Shown: piece after piece, positions 21,393 to 31,756 of the stretch
How positions within the stretch are numbered: the stretch's first letter is position 1
Layout of the letters: every line of letters starts with the position of its first letter
Assembly (NCBI RefSeq): GCF_013149785.1
Contig: NZ_JABEZU010000003.1
Span: 1-64,000 of the forward strand
DNA length: 64,000 nt
Direction: 5' to 3'
Source of the DNA: Isoptericola halotolerans
GTDB lineage: Bacteria > Actinomycetota > Actinomycetes > Actinomycetales > Cellulomonadaceae
Translations under genes and position numbers: made by a program
Notes under the pieces: generated by a model
Told to the model about the DNA's origin: nothing
The model's input: the letters and a program-made list of their open reading frames with translations, nothing else
The model's database searches: none

Positions 21393-22994
21393 GTGGCGTC
21401 CACTGCGCAGAACCCCCCGCTGCCCCGCGAGTTCGACAACTCTGCCCTCTCCGAGCTGCTCGCTCGGGGGACCGCCGACGGTCGCGTCGACGCGGAGAGC
21501 TTCCGCACCGCGTGCGAGACCGCCGCGGTGGGTGACCCCAAGCGCCTGAAGGCGGTGCTGCGCGCGTTCGCCACGGCAGGCGTCGAGATCGGTGTGCCGG
21601 TCGCCACCAAGGTGGCCGCGGCGTCGACCAGCAGCGCCGCGACGAAGACGGAGGCGCGGGCCAAGGCTCCCGCCGCGAAGAAGGCTGCGACGTCGTCGGC
21701 GAAGAAGTCGACGAGCTCACGGTCCACCACGGAGACGTCCGCCTCCTCGGCGCAGGACGCTCCGGAGGACTCCGCCGCGGAGAAGAAGGCCCCGGCCAAG
21801 AAGGCTCCCGCGAAGGCTGCCGCCAAGAAGGCGGCTCCTGCGGTGAAGACCACGCGCAAGGCCGCAGCCAAGGCGCACAAGCCGGCGCCCGAGCCGGACG
21901 GCGTGCCCGTGGAGGACGACGACGAGCCGGAGCAGGTGCCCGAGCGGATCACCGCCCTGCCGCGCAACGGCCGCAAGAAGGAGGACGAGCGCGGCGGCTT
22001 CGTCGTCTCCGACACCGACGACGACGACCAGCCGGCCCAGCAGGTCGTCACCGCCGGCGCCACGGCCGACCCGGTCAAGGACTACCTGAAGCAGATCGGC
22101 AAGGTCGCGCTGCTGAACGCCGAGCAGGAGGTCGACCTCGCCAAGCGGATCGAGGCCGGTCTCTTCGCCGAGGAGCGCCTGAACAACGACTTCCCGGACT
22201 TCGACCGCACCAAGGCCAACGCCGAGGAACGGCGCATGTGGCGAGACCTGAAGTGGATCGCCCACGACGGCCGCCGGGCCAAGAACCACCTGCTCGAGGC
22301 CAACCTGCGCCTCGTGGTCTCCCTGGCCAAGCGCTACACGGGCCGCGGCATGCTGTTCCTGGACCTCATCCAGGAGGGCAACCTCGGTCTGATCCGTGCG
22401 GTGGAGAAGTTCGACTACACCAAGGGCTACAAGTTCTCGACGTACGCCACGTGGTGGATCCGCCAGGCGATCACGCGGGCGATGGCCGACCAGGCCCGCA
22501 CGATCCGTATCCCCGTGCACATGGTCGAGGTCATCAACAAGCTCGCTCGTGTGCAGCGCCAGATGCTCCAGGACCTGGGCCGCGAGCCCCTGCCGGAGGA
22601 GCTGGCCAAGGAGCTCGACATGACCCCCGAGAAGGTCGTCGAGGTCCAGAAGTACGGTCGTGAGCCCATCTCCCTGCACACCCCCCTCGGCGAGGACGGC
22701 GACAGCGAGTTCGGTGACCTCATCGAGGACTCCGAGGCCGTGGTCCCCTCCGACGCGGTGTCGTTCACGCTCCTGCAGGAGCAGCTGCACCAGGTGCTGG
22801 ACACGCTGTCCGAGCGGGAGGCCGGCGTGGTCTCGATGCGGTTCGGTCTCCAGGACGGGCAGCCCAAGACGCTCGACGAGATCGGCAAGGTCTACGGCGT
22901 GACGCGTGAGCGGATCCGCCAGATCGAGTCCAAGACGATGTCGAAGCTGCGGCACCCGTCGCGCTCGCAGGTGCTGCGCGACTACCTCGACTGA
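21393..22994 (+). CDS. sigA: Principal RNA polymerase sigma factor (SigA/HrdB/RpoD)
   Basis: [57 protein letters not shown]; Lys/Ala-rich N-terminus; alternative ATG at 21375. Confidence 0.97.
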   Translation: MASTAQNPPLPREFDNSALSELLARGTADGRVDAESFRTACETAAVGDPKRLKAVLRAFATAGVEIGVPVATKVAAASTSSAATKTEARAKAPAAKKAATSSAKKSTSSRSTTETSASSAQDAPEDSAAEKKAPAKKAPAKAAAKKAAPAVKTTRKAAAKAHKPAPEPDGVPVEDDDEPEQVPERITALPRNGRKKEDERGGFVVSDTDDDDQPAQQVVTAGATADPVKDYLKQIGKVALLNAEQEVDLAKRIEAGLFAEERLNNDFPDFDRTKANAEERRMWRDLKWIAHDGRRAKNHLLEANLRLVVSLAKRYTGRGMLFLDLIQEGNLGLIRAVEKFDYTKGYKFSTYATWWIRQAITRAMADQARTIRIPVHMVEVINKLARVQRQMLQDLGREPLPEELAKELDMTPEKVVEVQKYGREPISLHTPLGEDGDSEFGDLIEDSEAVVPSDAVSFTLLQEQLHQVLDTLSEREAGVVSMRFGLQDGQPKTLDEIGKVYGVTRERIRQIESKTMSKLRHPSRSQVLRDYLD

Positions 22995-23020
22995 GCCGGA
23001 AGCGACCGAGCTCGTCACGC

Positions 23021-23056
23021 ACGAAGGCCCCGCACCCATGGGTGCGGGGCCTTCGT
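23021..23056. terminator. Bidirectional terminator hairpin
   Basis: Perfect 36-bp palindrome ACGAAGGCCCCGCACCCATGGGTGCGGGGCCTTCGT between convergent genes. Confidence 0.85.
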
Positions 23057-23093
23057 CGTGCTCGGGGCGTCTCTCGACCGTGGACGCGTGGTG

Positions 23094-23309
23094 TCAGCGC
23101 GCGCCGTGCTCGGCGTGCAGACGGTCGGTCTCGTCCTGGACGTGCTGGGCGACGGACTGGTAGGCGTCGGCGTGCGCCCGTGCGTGGTGCCCGCAGAAGA
23201 GGAGCTCTCCGACGGGCAGCACGACGCGCACGTAGGCCTGGGCGCCGCAGCGGTCGCAGCGGTCGGCGGCGGTCAGCGGCTCGGTCGTCTCTTCGGTCGT
23301 TGTGCTCAC
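23094..23309 (-). CDS. Small conserved zinc-finger protein
   Basis: LTAADRCDRCGAQAY...LLFCGHHARAH; located between sigA and parE. Confidence 0.85.
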   Translation of the reverse strand: MSTTTEETTEPLTAADRCDRCGAQAYVRVVLPVGELLFCGHHARAHADAYQSVAQHVQDETDRLHAEHGAR

Positions 23310-23454
23310 GACACCATCAAACCATCTGGCGGTGCCGTTGTTCCCGCCCGGGGGGTCTGGTTCGCTGCGGGCGATCACGGCGTGGGTCACACCCGGGCCG
23401 CGAGGGCGGAGCGCCTGCCCCGGTCGCGGCGGGAACTCGACTACCCTCGGGGGC

Positions 23455-25581
23455 GTGACAGCCACCTCCGAGTCCGGTTACACCGCGCGCCACCTCTCCG
23501 TCCTCGAGGGTCTCGAGGCCGTCCGCAAGCGACCCGGCATGTACATCGGGTCGACCGACTCCCGCGGCCTCATGCACTGCCTGTGGGAGATCATCGACAA
23601 CTCCGTGGACGAGGCGCTCGGTGGCCACGCCACGAAGATCCGCGTGGTGCTGCACGCCGACTCCTCGGTGACCGTCGAGGACGACGGCCGCGGCATCCCG
23701 GTGGACCGAGAGAGCAAGACCGGGCTGTCCGGCGTCGAGGTGGTGTTCACCAAGCTGCACGCCGGTGGGAAGTTCGGCGGCGGCTCGTACACGGCCTCGG
23801 GTGGTCTGCACGGCGTGGGAGCGTCGGTCGTCAACGCGCTCTCGGCCCGTCTCGACGTCGAGGTGGACCGTTCCGGCAAGACGTACCGCATGACGTTCCA
23901 CCGCGGCGAGCCCGGCCTGTTCGACGACCCGGCCACGGGGCCGACGCCGGACGCCCCCTTCGAGCCGTTCGTCGACCACAGCGAGCTGCCCGTCGTCGGC
24001 AAGGCGCCGCGCAAGGTGACCGGGACCCGGGTGCGCTACTGGGCGGACCGCCAGATCTTCCCGAAGTCGGCCGTGTTCGCCTACGACGAGCTCGTGACCC
24101 GCGCCCGCCAGACGACCTTCCTGGTGCCCGGCCTGGAGATCACGGTGCGCGACGAGCGCGGGCTGCCCGGCACGCCCGGGGAGAACGGTCCGCACGAGGA
24201 GGTCTTCCAGCACTCCGGCGGTGCGGTGGACTTCGTGGAGTTCCTCGCCCCGGACACTCCCGTCACCGCGACCTGGCAGCTCCAGGGCTCGGGGACCTTC
24301 ACCGAGACGGTGCCGGTGCTGGACGCCAAGGGCCACATGTCGCCCCAGGAGGTGCGGCGCGACTGCGAGGTCGACATCGCGCTGCGGTGGGGTTCCGGGT
24401 ACGAGACCGAGCTGCGCACGTTCGTCAACATCATTGCCACGCCCAAGGGCGGGTCGCACCGCACCGGGTTCGAGCAGGGCCTGCTCAAGACCGTGCGCAA
24501 GCAGGTCGAGGCGAACGCGCGCCGGCTGAAGGTCTCGACGCGGGACACCTCGGAGCGGATCGAGAAGGACGACGTGCTCGCCGGCCTCACCGCCGTGGTG
24601 ACCGTGCGGCTCGCCGAGCCGCAGTTCGAGGGCCAGACCAAGGAGGTCCTCGGCACCGCGCCGGTGCGCCAGATCGTCTCCCGGGTGGTGGAGAACGAGC
24701 TCAAGGCGCTGATGACCTCCACCAAGCGCGACGAGAAGGCCCAGTCGTCGCTGCTGATGGAGAAGGTCGTCGCCGAGATGCGAGCGCGCATCACCGCCCG
24801 CAAGCAGAAGGAGATCTCTCGGCGCAAGAACGCCCTGGAGTCCTCCTCGCTGCCCGCCAAGCTCGCCGACTGCCGCAGCGACGACGTCCAGCGGTCCGAG
24901 CTGTTCATCGTCGAGGGTGACAGCGCCCTCGGGACGGCCAAGCTGGCGCGGTCGAGCGACTTCCAGGCGCTGCTGCCCATCCGCGGCAAGATCCTCAACG
25001 TCCAGAAGGCGTCGATCAGCGACATGCTGCGCAACGTCGAGTGCGCGGCGATCATCCAGGTGATCGGTGCCGGCTCGGGACGGTCCTTCGACCTGGACGC
25101 CGCGCGCTACGGCAAGATCGTGCTCATGACCGACGCCGACGTCGACGGCGCCCACATCCGCACCCTGCTGCTGACGCTGTTCTACCGGTACATGCGTCCG
25201 CTGCTGGCCGACGGGCGCGTCTTCGCCGCCGTCCCGCCGCTGCACCGCATCGAGGTGGTGGGCTCCGGACGGCGCAAGGGGGAGTACCTGTACACGTACT
25301 CCGAGGCCGAGCTCAACGCCACCCTGCGCAAGCTCGACAAGGCGGGGCGCCGCTACAAGGACGACATCCAGCGGTACAAGGGCCTGGGGGAGATGGACGC
25401 CGACCAGCTCGCCGAGACCACGATGGACCCTCGTCACCGCACGTTGCGCCGGGTGACGGTGGAGCACGCCGAGGCCGCCGAGCGTGTCTTCGAGCTGCTC
25501 ATGGGCTCCGACGTCGCCCCGCGCAAGGAGTTCATCGTCGCGGGGGCGCACGCGCTGGACCGGTCGCAGATCGACGCCTGA
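23455..25581 (+). CDS. parE: DNA topoisomerase IV subunit B
   Basis: LEGLEAVRKRPGMYIG, EIIDNSVDE, GGLHGVG, VEGDSA, PIRGK, DADVDG and RYKGLGEM motifs; not adjacent to its A subunit. Confidence 0.9.
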   Translation: MTATSESGYTARHLSVLEGLEAVRKRPGMYIGSTDSRGLMHCLWEIIDNSVDEALGGHATKIRVVLHADSSVTVEDDGRGIPVDRESKTGLSGVEVVFTKLHAGGKFGGGSYTASGGLHGVGASVVNALSARLDVEVDRSGKTYRMTFHRGEPGLFDDPATGPTPDAPFEPFVDHSELPVVGKAPRKVTGTRVRYWADRQIFPKSAVFAYDELVTRARQTTFLVPGLEITVRDERGLPGTPGENGPHEEVFQHSGGAVDFVEFLAPDTPVTATWQLQGSGTFTETVPVLDAKGHMSPQEVRRDCEVDIALRWGSGYETELRTFVNIIATPKGGSHRTGFEQGLLKTVRKQVEANARRLKVSTRDTSERIEKDDVLAGLTAVVTVRLAEPQFEGQTKEVLGTAPVRQIVSRVVENELKALMTSTKRDEKAQSSLLMEKVVAEMRARITARKQKEISRRKNALESSSLPAKLADCRSDDVQRSELFIVEGDSALGTAKLARSSDFQALLPIRGKILNVQKASISDMLRNVECAAIIQVIGAGSGRSFDLDAARYGKIVLMTDADVDGAHIRTLLLTLFYRYMRPLLADGRVFAAVPPLHRIEVVGSGRRKGEYLYTYSEAELNATLRKLDKAGRRYKDDIQRYKGLGEMDADQLAETTMDPRHRTLRRVTVEHAEAAERVFELLMGSDVAPRKEFIVAGAHALDRSQIDA

Positions 25582-25666
25582 CGGCCGGGGGAGCGTGGAG
25601 CCGGAGCAGCGTCCGCATGGCGGCGCTGGACCTCAACGGTTCTCGTCGGCGGCTAGGCTCGTCCCC

Positions 25667-26089
25667 GTGAAGACCATGATGCGCAAGACGTCGTCCCGCC
25701 TGCTGACCGCGACCGCGGCCGGAGTGCTCAGCATCGGCCTGCTGGCCGGCTGCACCGGCGAGGACGACCCGGCCCCGGAGGCGAGCGTCGAGGCCTCGAC
25801 GGAGGCTGACGCCGGGGACGAGGCGCCGGCGCAGGACGTCACCGAGCTGTCCTACGCGGGCGAGGACGGACAGACCGCCCTCGATCTGCTGCTCGTGCAC
25901 GACCCCGAGGCCGAGGTGAGCGGCGAGGGCGAGATGGCCTTCGTCACCGCGATCAAGGGCCACGCTGCCGAGGACGGTGCGGAGTTCTGGGCCTTCTACG
26001 TCGACGGTGAGATGGCGCAGGTCGGCGCCGGCTCGTTCGAGACCGAGGACGGCCAGCAGATCCAGTGGAAGCTCGAGGAGATCGAGTGA
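25667..26089 (+). CDS. DUF4430 (transcobalamin C-terminal-like) lipoprotein
   Basis: LAGC lipobox; TALDLL..FVTAIKG..FWAFYVDG..AQVGA..I.W; TAGGCT -10 seven nt before the GTG. Confidence 0.8.
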   Translation: MKTMMRKTSSRLLTATAAGVLSIGLLAGCTGEDDPAPEASVEASTEADAGDEAPAQDVTELSYAGEDGQTALDLLLVHDPEAEVSGEGEMAFVTAIKGHAAEDGAEFWAFYVDGEMAQVGAGSFETEDGQQIQWKLEEIE

Positions 26090-26697
26090 GCCCCGCCGCC
26101 ACGCCCGAGCGGCTGCCCGACCTGAGCGCGCGCGACCTGGCGGAGCGCTGGTGGCGCCCTGCCGTCGCCGTCCTGCTCGTCGTGGCGGCGGTCGTGTGGC
26201 GGCTCGTCAAGGACGACCTCGGCGCCCCGCCGAACCTCGAGCTGTCGACGTTCGCCGCCTTCGCCGCGGCGGGCCTCCTGCGGCACCGGCTCGCGATGCT
26301 CGCCCCGCTGGTGGTCGTGGCCGTCAGCGACGTCTTCCTCACCAACTCGGCGATCCTGCTGTTCACGTGGTCGGCCTGGGCCGCGATCGGTGTCGTGGCG
26401 TGGTGGACCCGTGGTGCCTCCGGTGGACGGCGCTTCCTGGCCGCGGTGATGTTCGGCGCCGGGAGCTCGATCGGCTTCTACCTCTGGACCAACTTCGGCG
26501 TCTGGCTGCAGGGCCGTGGCACGTTCTACCCGGCCGGCTTCGACGGCCTGCTGGCCAGCTATGTGGCCGGCCTGCCGTTCCTGCGTCCGATGCTGCTGGG
26601 CAACCTGGTGCTGCTGCCGGTCGCGGCCGCCGTCGTCGCGCTGGTCGAGCGGCTCGAGCACGCGCACGTGCTCGGGACCGCGCCCGGCCGCGCGTGA
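26086..26697 (+). CDS. DUF6580-like membrane protein (ECF S-component-like)
   Basis: PPNLE..F, SD..L, FYLWTNFGVW..YP..GL..SY..GLPF; about six TM helices; GTGA overlap with the upstream gene. Confidence 0.75.
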   Translation: MSPAATPERLPDLSARDLAERWWRPAVAVLLVVAAVVWRLVKDDLGAPPNLELSTFAAFAAAGLLRHRLAMLAPLVVVAVSDVFLTNSAILLFTWSAWAAIGVVAWWTRGASGGRRFLAAVMFGAGSSIGFYLWTNFGVWLQGRGTFYPAGFDGLLASYVAGLPFLRPMLLGNLVLLPVAAAVVALVERLEHAHVLGTAPGRA

Positions 26698-26729
26698 CGC
26701 CCACCGAGGGCGGATAGCCGCGTCCCTGC

Positions 26730-27362
26730 TCAACGGCGCTCCGGAGCGGTCAGGTCTCCGGTCCCCGGGGTGCCGTCGACCAGTCCGTAGTGCAGGTGCA
26801 CGACGCCGCGGGGGCTCGCCGTCGGCGGGTCCAGCAGCGTGAGGTTGGCGGGGATCTCGCCGCCGTCGAACACCTTCTTGCCGCCGCCGAGCACGACGGG
26901 ATAGAGCCACAGGTCGAGCCGGTCGAACAAGCGCTCGTGCAGCAGCGTCTGGACGAGGTCGAGACTCCCGATGACCTTGACGTCCTCGTGCCGGTCGCGG
27001 ACCTCGTCGATGGCCCGGGGCAGGTCGGGGCCGAGCTGGGTGGAACCGGCCCATGCCAGCTCCGGCGCCCCGCGGGAGGCGACGTACTTGGGGATGCGGT
27101 TGAACAGCGTGGCGATGTCGTCGTCCGGGCCGCCACCTTGATGGGGCCAGTGAGCAGCGAAGATGTCATAGGTGCGCCGCCCGAGCAGCAGGGCGTCCGT
27201 GCCCTCCAGGGCGGCAGAGACCTGGTCTCCGGTGACGTCGTCGAACAGCGGCGCCTGCCAGCCGCCGAACCTGAATCCGCCCTCGGTGTCCTCGTCGGGC
27301 CCGCCGGGGGCCTGGCCGACGAGGTCCAGCGTGGCGAAGAGCTCGATCCCGAGAGTTCCCAT
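26730..27362 (-). CDS. Dihydrofolate reductase/RibD C-terminal family protein
   Basis: TLDLVGQAPGGPDED..GGW, LLGRRTY, PKYVAS and PVVLGGGK motifs. Confidence 0.9.
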   Translation of the reverse strand: MGTLGIELFATLDLVGQAPGGPDEDTEGGFRFGGWQAPLFDDVTGDQVSAALEGTDALLLGRRTYDIFAAHWPHQGGGPDDDIATLFNRIPKYVASRGAPELAWAGSTQLGPDLPRAIDEVRDRHEDVKVIGSLDLVQTLLHERLFDRLDLWLYPVVLGGGKKVFDGGEIPANLTLLDPPTASPRGVVHLHYGLVDGTPGTGDLTAPERR

Positions 27363-27452
27363 GGTGTCCTCCAGCGGTGCGGGTGGTCGAGGATCAGACC
27401 GGTACCCGGCGCAGGAATCATCGGCGGTGCGCAGGGACCGCGCGGCGAGATC

Positions 27453-27467
27453 GCGAAACTTTGCGCT
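27453..27467. promoter_or_regulatory. Putative LacI-family operator, copy 1
   Basis: GCGAAACTTTGCGCT, the exact reverse complement of 33600-33614. Confidence 0.7.
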
Positions 27468-27488
27468 GCGACTCGCTACGCTGGGGCC

Positions 27489-28514
27489 ATGCCGAACCTC
27501 CGTGCCGACGGCGTCCCGCGCCCTACGCTCGCCCGCGTGGCCGCGGAGACCGACGTGTCCGTCTCGACGGTCTCGAAGGTGCTCAACGGCCGGGCCGGTG
27601 TGTCGTCGGCGACGCGTGAGCGAGTGGAGAAGGCGCTCCGGGAGCACGGCTACAGCCGGCGCAACCAGGTGCAGCCGTCGGCCCGGTTCATCGAGCTGGT
27701 CTTCAGTCGCATCGACAACAGCTGGGCTCTGGAGATGATCATCGGTGCCGAGAAGGTGGCCCGCGAGTCCGGCATGAGCGTCCTGCTGACCGAGTCCGGT
27801 GACCGGCACTCGCCGGGCCCGGAGTGGGTGTCGGGGGTGCTGGCCCGTCAGCCCGCGGGGGTGATCCTGATGTTCTCGGACCTGTCCCGCGAGGACCGCC
27901 GGATGCTGCGCACGCGAGACATCCCGTTCGTCGTCATCGATCCGGCCGGCGACCCACCGCCCGACGTGGCGTCGGTCGGCACCGCGAACTGGTCGGGCGG
28001 GTTCATGGCCACCCGGCACCTCATCGAGCTCGGGCACACCGAGATCGCCATCATCACGGGTCCCGACGACATGCTGTGCTCGACGGCTCGGCTGTCGGGC
28101 TACCGGGCTGCGATGGACGCCGCCGGGCTGAGCGTCCCTGCCGGGTTCGTCGTCTCGGGGGACTTCCATCATGAGGACGGTCTGGAGCGGGGAGGCGAGC
28201 TGCTCGACAGGGCACGGCGCCCCACGGCGATCTTCGCCGGCAGCGACCTGCAGGCGCTCGGCGTCTACGAGGCGGCCAGGGAGCGCGGTGTCGGGATCCC
28301 GGACGAGCTGTCCGTCGTCGGGTTCGACGACATCCGCCCCGCCGCGTGGGCGGGGCCTCCGCTGACGACGGTGCGTGCCCAGCTCACGGAGATGGCCGAG
28401 ACCGCGGCACGACTCGTCCTGCGGATGCGCCGGGAGGCCACGCCCGAGCGGATCGAGCTGGCCACCCGCATGGTCGTGCGGTCCAGCACCGCCGCTCCGC
28501 CGGCGGGGGGCTGA
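27489..28514 (+). CDS. LacI family transcriptional regulator
   Basis: TLARVAAETDVSVSTVSKVLNG HTH; SVVGFDD and PPLTTV motifs. Confidence 0.95.
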   Translation: MPNLRADGVPRPTLARVAAETDVSVSTVSKVLNGRAGVSSATRERVEKALREHGYSRRNQVQPSARFIELVFSRIDNSWALEMIIGAEKVARESGMSVLLTESGDRHSPGPEWVSGVLARQPAGVILMFSDLSREDRRMLRTRDIPFVVIDPAGDPPPDVASVGTANWSGGFMATRHLIELGHTEIAIITGPDDMLCSTARLSGYRAAMDAAGLSVPAGFVVSGDFHHEDGLERGGELLDRARRPTAIFAGSDLQALGVYEAARERGVGIPDELSVVGFDDIRPAAWAGPPLTTVRAQLTEMAETAARLVLRMRREATPERIELATRMVVRSSTAAPPAGG

Positions 28515-28516
28515 CG

Positions 28517-29368
28517 ATGCGGGCAGAGCCGATCGGTGCGCCGTGCACCTTCCACGGTGAGGGTCCCTTCTGGGACGGCGTCAGGGACGAGCTGCTCGTC
28601 GTCGACATGCTCGCGGGGGACGTCGTCCGGTTCGACGGCGCGGGCGTTCCGACCCGCCGCCATGTCGGGGACGTGGCGGCGGTCGTGCGTGCGCGCCGCG
28701 GCGGCGGGTACGTCCTCGCCCTCGAGCGTGGGTTCGCGCTGGCCGACGCCGAGCTGTCGGTCACGGAAGAGATCGCCGTGCTCGAGGGTTCGGCGGTGCG
28801 GATGAACGACGGCGGCTGCGACCCCCAGGGGCGGTTCTACTGCGGCACCATGGCGTACGACGTGACCCCGGGTGCCGGTCGCCTGTACCGCTTGGACACC
28901 GACCGGACGGTCACCACCGTCCTGGACGGCGTGACGATCTCGAACGGGTTGCAGTGGAGCGTCGACGGCTCCCTGGCCTACTACAACGACACACCGACCG
29001 GGCGGGTCGACGTGTTCGACGTCGACCCCGACACCGGCGAGTTCTCCGGCCGTCGGCCGTTCGCCGTCGTCCCCGACGACGCCGGGAAGCCGGACGGCAT
29101 GGCCGTCGATGCCGAGGGCGGCGTCTGGATCGCCCTGTGGGAGGGCGGCCGGGTGCACCGGTACGACGCCGGGGGCATCCTGACCGAGGTCGTCGAGGTG
29201 GCGGCGAGCCGGACGACGGCGTGCACGTTCGGCGGGCCGGACGGGCGGACGCTGTTCGTCACGACGTCCCGCCTGGGCGTCGACGACGCCGCAGAGCCCT
29301 TGGCAGGTGCGGTCTTCGCCGTCGACACCGGCGTCGTGGGCGCGACGCAGCACGCGTACGCCGGCTGA
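28517..29368 (+). CDS. SMP-30/gluconolactonase family sugar lactonase
   Basis: GEGPFW, RMNDGGCDPQGRFY, SNGLQWS and PDGMAVD motifs. Confidence 0.92.
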   Translation: MRAEPIGAPCTFHGEGPFWDGVRDELLVVDMLAGDVVRFDGAGVPTRRHVGDVAAVVRARRGGGYVLALERGFALADAELSVTEEIAVLEGSAVRMNDGGCDPQGRFYCGTMAYDVTPGAGRLYRLDTDRTVTTVLDGVTISNGLQWSVDGSLAYYNDTPTGRVDVFDVDPDTGEFSGRRPFAVVPDDAGKPDGMAVDAEGGVWIALWEGGRVHRYDAGGILTEVVEVAASRTTACTFGGPDGRTLFVTTSRLGVDDAAEPLAGAVFAVDTGVVGATQHAYAG

Positions 29369-29381
29369 CGGCGACCGTGCC

Positions 29382-30851
29382 TCAGGAATGCTCCAGGATG
29401 CCGTCCACGCGTCGCGGAACATCCCACGGGTTCGCTTCCCGCAGCGGAGGAGGCAGCAGCCCGTCGGGCACCGACTGAAAGCTGACCGGCCGCAGGAACC
29501 GTTCGACGGCGGCTGTCCCGACGGACGTCGTCGACGCGGCCGTGGTCGCCGGGTAGGGGCCGCCGTGCTCCATCGCGTGGGTCACCGAGACTCCTGTCGG
29601 CCAGCCGTTCCACAGCACACGCCCCGCCCGGTCGGCGAGGACGTCGAGCAGCGAACCGACGAGACCGGTCTCCGTCTCCGTCCCCTGGACGGTCGCCGTG
29701 AGCTGGCCGTCGATCGCCGCCGCGGCCTCGACGAGCTGGCCGGGGTCGTCGTAGGAGACGATCAGCGCGGCCGGGCCGAAGCACTCCACCTCGAGCTGTT
29801 CGCGTGCCCGGGCGTGCTGGTCGTAGGTCGTCGCGAAGAGCGTGAGGGCGGGTTCGGCCGCCACGTCGGGGCTGCCCGCGAGCACCGCGACCTCGGGCCG
29901 TGCGGCGAGCTCGCCGACGGCGGTGGCGAAACCCTCATGGGTGCGTTCGTTCAGCATGGGCGCGCCCGGCAGCCCGGTCGCGGCCTCGGCGAGGCGCTCG
30001 GTGAGCCCTGACCCGGAGGGGACGAAGACGAGTCCCGGTTTGGTGCAGAACTGCCCTACGCCGAGCGTCGCGGACCCGACGAACCCGTCGGCGATCTCCC
30101 GGGCACGGTGCTCGGCGGCGCCGGGGGTCACGAAGACGGGGTTCACGCTGCCGAGCTCGCCGAAGAACGGGATCGGGTCGGGGCGGGCGGCCGCGAGGTC
30201 GAACAGGGCGCGGCCACCGGCCAGCGACCCGGTGAAGGCGCCTGCCTTGATCCGAGGGTCCGAGACGAGCCGACGGCCGTTCTCGGTCCCGACGACGAGG
30301 CCGAACAGTCCGTCGGGCGCCCCGGCCGCACGCAGGGCGTCGGTCACGACCTGCGACGTGAGACGCGAGAGCCGGAGGTGACCCGGGTGCGCCTTGACGA
30401 CGACGGGGCACCCGGCAGCCAGCGCCGACGCGGTGTCTCCGCCGGCCACCGAGAACGCGAACGGGAAGTTGCCGGCGGACCAGACGGCGACCGGGCCGAG
30501 CGGGCGCAGCATGCGCCGCAGGTCGGGCCGCGGTCCCATGCCCCATTCCGGGTCGGCGTGGTCGATCCGGACGCCGAGGTAGGAGCCCTCGCGCAGGACG
30601 TCCGCGAACAACCCGAGCTGGAACGTCGTGCGCACCAGCTCGCCGCGCAGCCGCGGTTCGGGAAGGTGGGTCTCCTCCTGCGCGACCTGGACGAGCGCGT
30701 CGGCGGCGGTCGTGAGCGCCTCGGCGACGGAAGCGAGCCACCCGGCCCGGGCGGCCGGTGTGGCGGTAGCCGCCTGCTCGGCGGCAGCCGCGGCAGCGGC
30801 GACGGTCTGCTCGAGCTCGGCGTCGGACGTCGGTACGGTCGGCTCGTTCAT
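29382..30851 (-). CDS. NADP+ aldehyde dehydrogenase (alpha-ketoglutaric semialdehyde dehydrogenase type)
   Basis: [47 protein letters not shown] and HGGPYPA motifs. Confidence 0.9.
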   Translation of the reverse strand: MNEPTVPTSDAELEQTVAAAAAAAEQAATATPAARAGWLASVAEALTTAADALVQVAQEETHLPEPRLRGELVRTTFQLGLFADVLREGSYLGVRIDHADPEWGMGPRPDLRRMLRPLGPVAVWSAGNFPFAFSVAGGDTASALAAGCPVVVKAHPGHLRLSRLTSQVVTDALRAAGAPDGLFGLVVGTENGRRLVSDPRIKAGAFTGSLAGGRALFDLAAARPDPIPFFGELGSVNPVFVTPGAAEHRAREIADGFVGSATLGVGQFCTKPGLVFVPSGSGLTERLAEAATGLPGAPMLNERTHEGFATAVGELAARPEVAVLAGSPDVAAEPALTLFATTYDQHARAREQLEVECFGPAALIVSYDDPGQLVEAAAAIDGQLTATVQGTETETGLVGSLLDVLADRAGRVLWNGWPTGVSVTHAMEHGGPYPATTAASTTSVGTAAVERFLRPVSFQSVPDGLLPPPLREANPWDVPRRVDGILEHS

Positions 30852-31756
30852 CGTGTCTCCTGCGTCTCGGGGCGTCGTCCGACCACGACGACGCGGTTGG
30901 TCAAGGATCCGATCCCGTCGACCTCGATCCGCACGACGTCGCCCGCGGCGAGGGTGAAGTCCGCACCGGGGACGATGCCGGTCCCGGTGAGCAGCACGGC
31001 GCCGGCCGGGAGGTCGAGCGCGAGCACGAGCCACCCGGCGAGGGCGTCGAGGTCGCGGGCGAGCTCGGCCGTCGTCGTGGATCCGGTGAACACCTCCTCG
31101 TCGTCGCGCTCGACGGTGAGCCGGACGGCCCAGGGGCCCTCCGGCGCCGCCCAGACCGGGACGATCTGCGTCCCGAGCGCGCACGAGCGGGTGTAGACCT
31201 TGGCCTGCGGGAGGTACAGCGGGTTGTCGCCCTCGATGGATCGGCTGCTCATGTCGTTGCCGACGACGTAGCCGAACACGGCCCCGGCCCGGTTCACGAC
31301 GAGACCCAGCTCGGGTTCCGGGACGTCCCAGCCGGAGTCGGCCCGGATGCCGACGTCCTCGCCGTCGGTGACCACCCGGGCGGCCGTCGACTTGAAGAAC
31401 AGCTCGGGCCGCTCCGCGGTGTAGACGCGGTCGTAGATCGAGGGCTCGGTCGACTCCTCGGTGCGGCCGTCCCGGCTGCGTCGGTAGGTCACCCCGGCGG
31501 CCCAGACCTCCTGCTCGTCGACGGGTGGCAGCAGGCCGGCGCCGGGGTCGATCACGGAGCCTTCGGCCCGTGCGGTGTCCACCGCCCGGCGGGCCGCGTC
31601 GAGCGGCAGGGCGAGCAGCGCGCCGAGCGTCGTGCCCAGGCTCCGCATCCCGCCGTCGTCGGCCCGGACGGCCCACCGGGGCCCGTCGGGGGACTGGACC
31701 CGGACGATGGCCCCCGGGGTCCCGGCCTGCATCGATGACTGCTCAGTGTGACTCAC
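30848..31756 (-). CDS. Fumarylacetoacetate hydrolase family, 2-keto-3-deoxy-pentonate dehydratase (XylX-like)
   Basis: [44 protein letters not shown] and LTGTG motifs. Confidence 0.88.
   Translation of the reverse strand: MSHTEQSSMQAGTPGAIVRVQSPDGPRWAVRADDGGMRSLGTTLGALLALPLDAARRAVDTARAEGSVIDPGAGLLPPVDEQEVWAAGVTYRRSRDGRTEESTEPSIYDRVYTAERPELFFKSTAARVVTDGEDVGIRADSGWDVPEPELGLVVNRAGAVFGYVVGNDMSSRSIEGDNPLYLPQAKVYTRSCALGTQIVPVWAAPEGPWAVRLTVERDDEEVFTGSTTTAELARDLDALAGWLVLALDLPAGAVLLTGTGIVPGADFTLAAGDVVRIEVDGIGSLTNRVVVVGRRPETQETR

Noticed and set aside
21640..21880. AAGAAGGC/AKKA repeats in sigA
   Set aside because: Ordinary low-complexity Lys/Ala-rich N-terminal region of actinobacterial principal sigma factors.
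23455..25581. Calling these genes gyrB (and 59697-62183 gyrA)
   Set aside because: They are not adjacent, not in a dnaA/recF context, lie next to sigA, and the A subunit lacks a canonical GyrA-box. This fits actinobacterial topoisomerase IV.
25582..25666. Cobalamin riboswitch upstream of the DUF4430 gene (or SAM/B12 riboswitch upstream of metH)
   Set aside because: The intergenic regions are too short, both genes look leaderless, and no B12-box or SAM motif was recognised.
29382..31676. 764-aa aldehyde dehydrogenase fusion
   Set aside because: The N-terminal part is an alternate frame of the FAH gene; the true start is ATG 30851, overlapping the FAH stop.
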